Assembly (NCBI GenBank): GCA_051294375.1
Contig: CM119265.1
Coordinates: forward strand, 3,446,710-3,510,709
Direction of reading: 5' to 3'
Source: Paraspadella gotoi
Taxonomy: Eukaryota; Animalia; Chaetognatha
Length of the DNA stretch: 64,000 nt
Positions 57,739 through 64,000 of this stretch are shown in pieces (position 1 is the first letter of the stretch; the number at the start of each line of letters is the position of its first letter). A model generated the notes under the pieces. That model saw only the letters and a program-made list of their open reading frames with translations, was not told where the DNA came from and made no database searches. Made by a program: the position numbers and the translations under genes.

Positions 57739-57810
57739 CTCACCGGCAGGGAATCGAACCCAAGTATCTCGCGTAACAGGCGAGGATACTCACCACTATA
57801 CTACCGATGA
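57739..57810 (-). tRNA. tRNA-Asp-type body with GTT (Asn) anticodon; gene or young pseudogene
   Basis: TCATCGG TA GTAT AGTGGTGA GTAT C CTCGC CTGTTAC GCGAG ATAC TTGGG TTCGATT CCCTG CCGGTGA G: 72 nt, colinear with the eukaryotic tRNA-Asp(GTC) consensus; one T-T mismatch in the T stem. Confidence 0.8.
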
Positions 57811-58292
57811 TATAAGATTATTTTCAGTTTATACGTTATTTAATTTACGATTTTGTAGCGAATCGAGCAGGGGAAGATTGCTTTATCTCGTTCTGTATAT
57901 TTACAAAAGTATCAAAAAATATTCTGGAAAATACTATCCGATTTCTATCAGTTGGCGAAACTTGGTATTTGGTTCTAAATTAAGTCCAACTTCTTTGAAG
58001 AAAATAAGTGTATACATATACAACATATACAGGGCTCGTCCGGGATATTTACTCGTGATCTCTCGCACATTAAGCGAGAATCATAACCCTAGACCAAGGA
58101 GCGAGAAACGACGTAAAAACAAACATTTTTACGATGAGAACCTTTGCGGCTAAAAAAAAACAAAAAAAAAAAAAAAACAAGATATCCCGTAACAAGATTT
58201 GAAATCCACTCGCGAAGGAAAACGTAAAAAGGTTTTGTTTCTTATCGGGAAAACAGAAGAAGCAGAAGCTTCTCTTGGCTTCATCATTTCTT

Positions 58293-58348
<56 letters not shown>

Positions 58349-60349
58349 CTCTCTACTCTCCTCTCTCTCCTCTCTCTCTCTCTCTTCTCTCACTCTCTCT
58401 CTCTTCTCCCGATAAATATTTTTTTCCAACATTTTTTTTTCCGGAACAAATCGAAAACCAGAAAGCAGCGGTCGATGCAAATGGAGTCCTGACGTAGAAA
58501 TAGGGAGGAAAGAGAGCAAAAGGGAGGAAAGGAAAGGGAGCGAGAGAAAAGTCGAGGAAAAGAACAACGCCAGGCAACGAGGAAAGGGAGCGAGAAGAAA
58601 AGAGTGGAAAAGGGAAAGGGAGGAGAAGAAAAGGTAGGAGCGCTTAGTGAATGGAAAAGGAAAAGTGAGTGAGAGTAAAATGGGTAATGAAGAATATGGA
58701 TAAAGGAGGAGACGTAATGAATTAAGGGAGGAAAGGAAAAGAGAGGAGATAGAAGAGGAGAAGAAAAGGAGGAAAAGGAAGAATGGAGGAAATAGAAACA
58801 GAGAGGAGAAGAAAAGGAAGGAAAAAGGAAAGGAGGGAGGAAAGAAAAGGAAAGGGGAAGAAGAGGTATAAAGGGAGGAAGAGAAAAAGGAAAGAAAAAG
58901 AAAGAAAAGTATGATCGTAGAGAAGAGGAAATTGAGAAGAGAAGAGAATGAGGAAAGAGATAAGAGAAGAAAGAGAAAGAGAATGCAGAAGAGAAGGAAA
59001 GAACAATAACTGAAGAGAAGAGAAGAGAGAGAAAGAGAAAAGAGAGACAGAATCTCTTCTCTGCTGGGGTGGGGNNNNNNNNNNNNNNNNNNNNNNNNNA
59101 TCAAAAGTTTCGGAACCGGAAAAGAAAAAAAATCTTTCAAATCTTACTTGAACAGTGTAGATAGCCTATCATTAAAGCCGAGGGCAATAGCTTGACCACT
59201 TCTCTCGGTCACTCGGAGTTTAAATTTGTCAAATGAGTTCTGTTTGCTGAGGAAAAATAAAATTTTTTTTTATTTATTTTCATTCATTCAATTCATTCAT
59301 TCATTCATTCATTCATTCATTCATTCATTCATTCATCTATTTTCCAGACGTACGACGCGACCACGCAAGAAGATGACGTCGACCTCCGCCCTCTCCCCTT
59401 TTCCTCTTTCTTCTTCCTCCCTCCCTATTCTCCTCCCCTCTTCTTCTCCGCGCGAACCCCCCCAACTTCCCCGTCAGACGCCGCAGATGCCGTCCTCAGG
59501 CCTTCGACCGCCGCTTGGAAACGCCTCGCCTCAAGCGGCCTGAGGCGGTGCGACGCCTCCGCCTCATTTCTCAGAAATGAACTTCGCCGCATTTTCTTCG
59601 CGGATTTCGAGGGGAGGAAAGAGAACATGAGAAACGGGAGGTAGGGGAACAATTTCGGAGGTGAGTTATAGCGGTGAGGGCGATGGTCGGTAGGATGTCG
59701 GCCCCCAATGTAAAATGCCCGAATTTAATTATTTTAAGGGGAGAAAGTTAAAAAAGGGACCAGGCTGTCATTAATTAGTATTTGAAAGAAACTCAAGAGA
59801 AGCTCTTGGCCCCCTTAAGCGGCGATGATGGTATGATGATGATGATCGATGATGATGATGATGATGATGATGAGGAAAGCAAGACAGGAGGAGGGGGCTG
59901 CCAAGCAAGGAGAGAAGAGAAGCGAGACGATCAAAACTGCGACATACATTCCACTCTTATCCTTTCCAATTAAGTTTTCACTCCAAATCCGGACGCCGAC
60001 GACTGCCCCGCTTCCTCTTGCGTTCGCCTCCGCCCGCGGCGCCCTCCTCGTCAATCTCTTTCTTCTGCCGTCGCTCGCCGACGGCCTGGTTTTTGACGAA
60101 GAGACGCCGTCAAGCCATCATCGCGGAATCCGACAGACGCCGATCTCGTCCAATCCGGCGCCCTTTGATCGATGCGCTACAAAGTCTGTCGCGGCCGGCG
60201 TGGTCGCGGGCGCCACCGACTCTCGCAGAGGATCTCCGCAGATTCGTCTTGAAGGCGATTCTCTGTCGACGACGGTCGTCGCAGCCGGAGAGGGGCACTG
60301 TGTGAGAATTAGGTGCGTGCGGAGAGCTTCTCTATGGCCTTCGCCTCTT

Positions 60350-60407
<58 letters not shown>

Positions 60408-61155
60408 ACTTATCATTTCTCCCTCCCCAGATGGAACCCCGAAGCTAATTGCAAGACTACGGAGCCGCCGCCTGAGAAAAGGAAGAGGAGGAGAGAAGGA
60501 GGCGAAGAATTAAGCCAAGAGGGAAAAGAAGATAGATAGAGAGGAGACAGAGAAGAGATAGAGAGGGAGTCTTTCGTTTCTCAGAGAGAGAGTCGCCTCG
60601 ACATTTTCTCTCTTCGCTTTGGATCGAACGCGAAAAAGAACTTACCCGTTGTAGAGGGTAAGGTGGTGGCTGGGATGCAGAGCGATGCGAGTTGGGGTGT
60701 TAGGGCCTACGCGACCCACGAGCATGTTCAGATCGGATCCTGTCATCCTTTAAGCCAGAACCTTGATACCCAAGGGATTGACCAGCCGCGAAACGTTCGC
60801 TTTTGAGGACGAGATGATATTAGCAAACAGTTTTATAAAAAAAATTCGCGAAAAAATAACTAAATGAGGATTTGTAATGAATTCTAATTGAATTATTGAC
60901 AGCTCTGACGACGACGACGACTCTTCCTCGTCCTCGATTTCGTCTTCCTCAACGCCATCAACCGGACTCATCAAAAATTTGTCGCTCGTACGTCTTCGAC
61001 CCAAACTTTTCAATCGCATCCGTTTTGTTGGACGACGACGAGACGCCGATTCGAACTTCGCGCCCGTTTCGGTGAGGAAAACAAGCTTTTCTTTTCTTTT
61101 TGTAAGACCTCCTAAATTTTAATAGAGACACCATGCTTATGGCTATATACATATC

Positions 61156-61354
61156 TATGCGTGGACTAAAATCACCAACCGTTCATCAGCGGGCCGGAGG
61201 CCTTGCCACTTAAGAAGGGACGCGGGCGCTAACTCCGCCCTGTAACACATCCTGGTGCTTACTCATACTGATGTCCGAAGCCTCAGGGACTGAGCTATAT
61301 ATATGCGACAGCGGTGTGCTGTAGTCAACTAAACCCTTACGACCATCATTTTCA
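61156..61354 (+). mobile_element. Degraded family B LTR
   Basis: GTGGACTAAAATC..CCGTTCATCAGCGG, TTAAGA.GGGACG.GGGCGCT, GTAACAC and CCGAAGC blocks match 13408-13629; tRNA part largely deleted; right end and TSD uncertain. Confidence 0.6.
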
Positions 61355-62002
61355 AAGTTTCCACCAAGTTTATATTACAACTCATTGTGAGGCATAATAG
61401 GTTGTGCACTCAGTGGGCGTTGTGAGTCCTCCCATACTATCACGTATCTTCTCTAGCCCTGAGCAGCCAATGGACAAGGGAGACAGAGACACAAAGAAAA
61501 TATCTCAGAGACAAAAGAGACAGATACTATTAAGGTGTACAAAAGATAAAGTATACGACGTAGAATCCGAATGAATCAAAATGAAAATGAATGGAATCAA
61601 CCAGAATTGCAGATTCTTTTTTCCAACGGAAACGAAATCATGATGCGAGTTTGAATCCCCTAGGGTGAGGTTTTCTTTATTCCAACTTCAAAGCCGCTGC
61701 GCCTCACCCTCTCTCGGTCCCTCGTCGTCGGCGTCGTCGTCGTCGTCGTCGTCGTCGACGTTATCGTCGTTTTATTATCACTAACCATAACACTATCACA
61801 CTATCACTAACAACTTAAACCACCAAAGCCTGTCCAAAGTCAGGGGCAAGCTTATTTATTAAATGAATGGATAAGTTTTCTATTGGTTGTACCAATTTCA
61901 TAGTCCTCGTTGTTACATTTAATCTATTCCATTGTACCTTCTTCACTTTATCTAAACAAATTTGTCATCAGCCTGAGATCACATCATTACGTCACATGTA
62001 CC

Positions 62003-62042
<40 letters not shown>

Positions 62043-64000
62043 TCCTCTTTACATCAATTATTCATTTCCTTTCGTCTTTTGATTTTATGTCTGTTGCTGT
62101 TTCATCGTCGTCGTCGCCATCGTCGTCGTCGTCGTCGCCATCGTCGTCGTCGATGAATCTTTGAGTCCTTGGAGTTTTACAATCGGAGAATCGGTTCTCG
62201 AAAGTCGAAAGGCGAGAACGAATTAAAGTTGAATGAAGGATGGAAGGAAAGGGTGAATCAGTGAATGAAAGAATGAAAAGCGAAAATCGAAGAATGAACG
62301 AACGAAGGAAGAAATTTAAAAAAAAGGATAAACGTAGGAATGAATTAGAGTAGATGTAGAAATGGTATATGCTTGAATCCATTATTGAATGAATGAATTG
62401 AAGAACAAATTAGGAAATGAATGAATGAATGAATGAATGAATGAATGAATGAATGAATGAATGAATGAATTCACAGGTGAAAGAGAAGAAGCTTTGAAAT
62501 CGCGAGAGCTCGAGTCGTGAAAAGTTTACAATCTTTTCGGTGACCGACTGATCCTCCTTTTCTTCTTTTCTTCCTCCTCCTCCTTCTCCTCCTTCTCTTC
62601 CTCCTTCTCCTCCTCCTCCGCCACTGGCACTGCTTTAATTTCTAATCACGCCGACGCTGCTTCCACCACTTTGCCAGTTTAAAGTCTCCCTCGGGGAGAA
62701 AGAGGGTGGAAAGAAGGTGGAGGCAGGGTGGAAAGAGGGTGGAAAGAGGGTGGAGAGAGGGGGAAAAAGAGGGTGGAAAGGGAGAGTGAAAGAGGAGAAA
62801 GAAGGAGGAAAGAAAAGAATAAATTTGGAAGAGAAATTGAAGTAAATCGTTTAATTTTAAACATACTTTTGAGAATATTGAATACAAATTTATTAAAACT
62901 ATAAATATTTAATTTTTTATATATTAGATAAACAATATATAAAAATATATTGAAATTAAAAAAGTGTAAGAGAGAGAAATAATTGAAAAAGAAAAGTTGG
63001 GGAAAAGAAACAGAGTTGAATTCGTTATCGGATTAGACTGAAAATGAAGTTAGGGAAGGAGAATAGATAGGAGAAACAAAAGAAAAGAAAAAAGAAAAGA
63101 AAAAAGAAAAGAAAAAAGAAAGGAAAGGAAAGAAGAAAACAAGAAAAGAGAAAAGAAAAGAAAAAAAGAAAAGAAAAGAAGAAAAGAAAAAAGAAAAAAA
63201 AGAAGAAAAGAAAAGAAAAAAAGAAAAAAAAAGAAGAAAAGAAAAGAAAAACGTAAAGAAAAGAGGAAAATGGGAAAGAGAAGAGTGGGCGTGAACTTCT
63301 CTCTTCACGTCGCGGAATTTTCACGATTTTTCGTCCCCCAAATCGGGTTTTCGTCGTAGTCATCGTCGTCGTCGTTTTCGTCGTCGTTTTCGTCGTCGTC
63401 ATCGTCGTCGTTTTCGTCGTCGTTTTCGTCGACATTGTATTTGACGTCGCCATTGACAAAGTCATCTTAGCAATGTTTATTTAATGTTTTTATTTTTTAG
63501 CTTTTCTTCGGTTTTTGCTACATACATACTTAGCTACATTTTAATGACTCGTTTAGCTTTTTCCTTCATTCTTGTCATTCATTCGATCACATCCTCGTTT
63601 CTGTCAGTAGCTCCTCTGTAATCATTGTCAATATTGTCATCATCGTCATTAACGCCTCTTGTCATTGTTGTCATTCTTATTCGTCGTCGTCGTTGTCGTC
63701 GTCGTTGTCGTCGTCGTCGTCGTCCTCTAAATTTTTCGCATTTGAAGAAGAGAGAAAAAGGATTTCACGTGAATGAAGGCGGAGGCAGATGTGAATGAAG
63801 TCCCGAGGGAGGGGAGGAGGAGGAGGAGGAGGAGGAGGAGGAGGAGGAGGAAGAGGAGGACTGAGAATGGAGAATCTGTGTTGGATATTTGGGAAAAAAG
63901 CTGAGAAAGAAGAAAAGAGAAGAGATAAAAAAGAAAGAAAAGTTTATTGATTTATTTATTGATTGATTGATTGAGTGAGTCAGGTAAGATGATTAATAGA

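Overview
Intron-rich, AT-rich animal (invertebrate-type) nuclear DNA with dense (AG)n/(TCG)n/(ATTT)n/(TCAA)n microsatellites and five assembly gaps; most entries in the six-frame ORF track are microsatellite artefacts. I hand-spliced four protein genes: (1) a 16-exon, ~790-aa secreted protein I cannot assign to a family, with hydrophobic helices between coiled coils (minus, 3609-11147); (2) a GT10 alpha-1,3-fucosyltransferase (plus, 13007-18149); (3) an R3-type receptor tyrosine phosphatase with an unusual ectodomain (2 C-type lectin + IgGFc-binding-like + FN3) and altered catalytic motifs (plus, 26035-36321); (4) a six-finger Gfi1/Senseless-family gene with a long C-terminal tail (minus, 45838 to at least 51153). 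There is also a tRNA-Asp body carrying a GTT (Asn) anticodon. Mobile DNA includes a complete HINE/Helentron-type element, a hAT-type MITE with an 8-bp TSD, a second MITE family one copy of which supplies a splice acceptor, and three families of short solo-LTR/TRIM elements that carry tRNA-derived Pol III boxes and 4-bp TSDs (Helenus-type). All exon calls are by eye, without transcript or database support.
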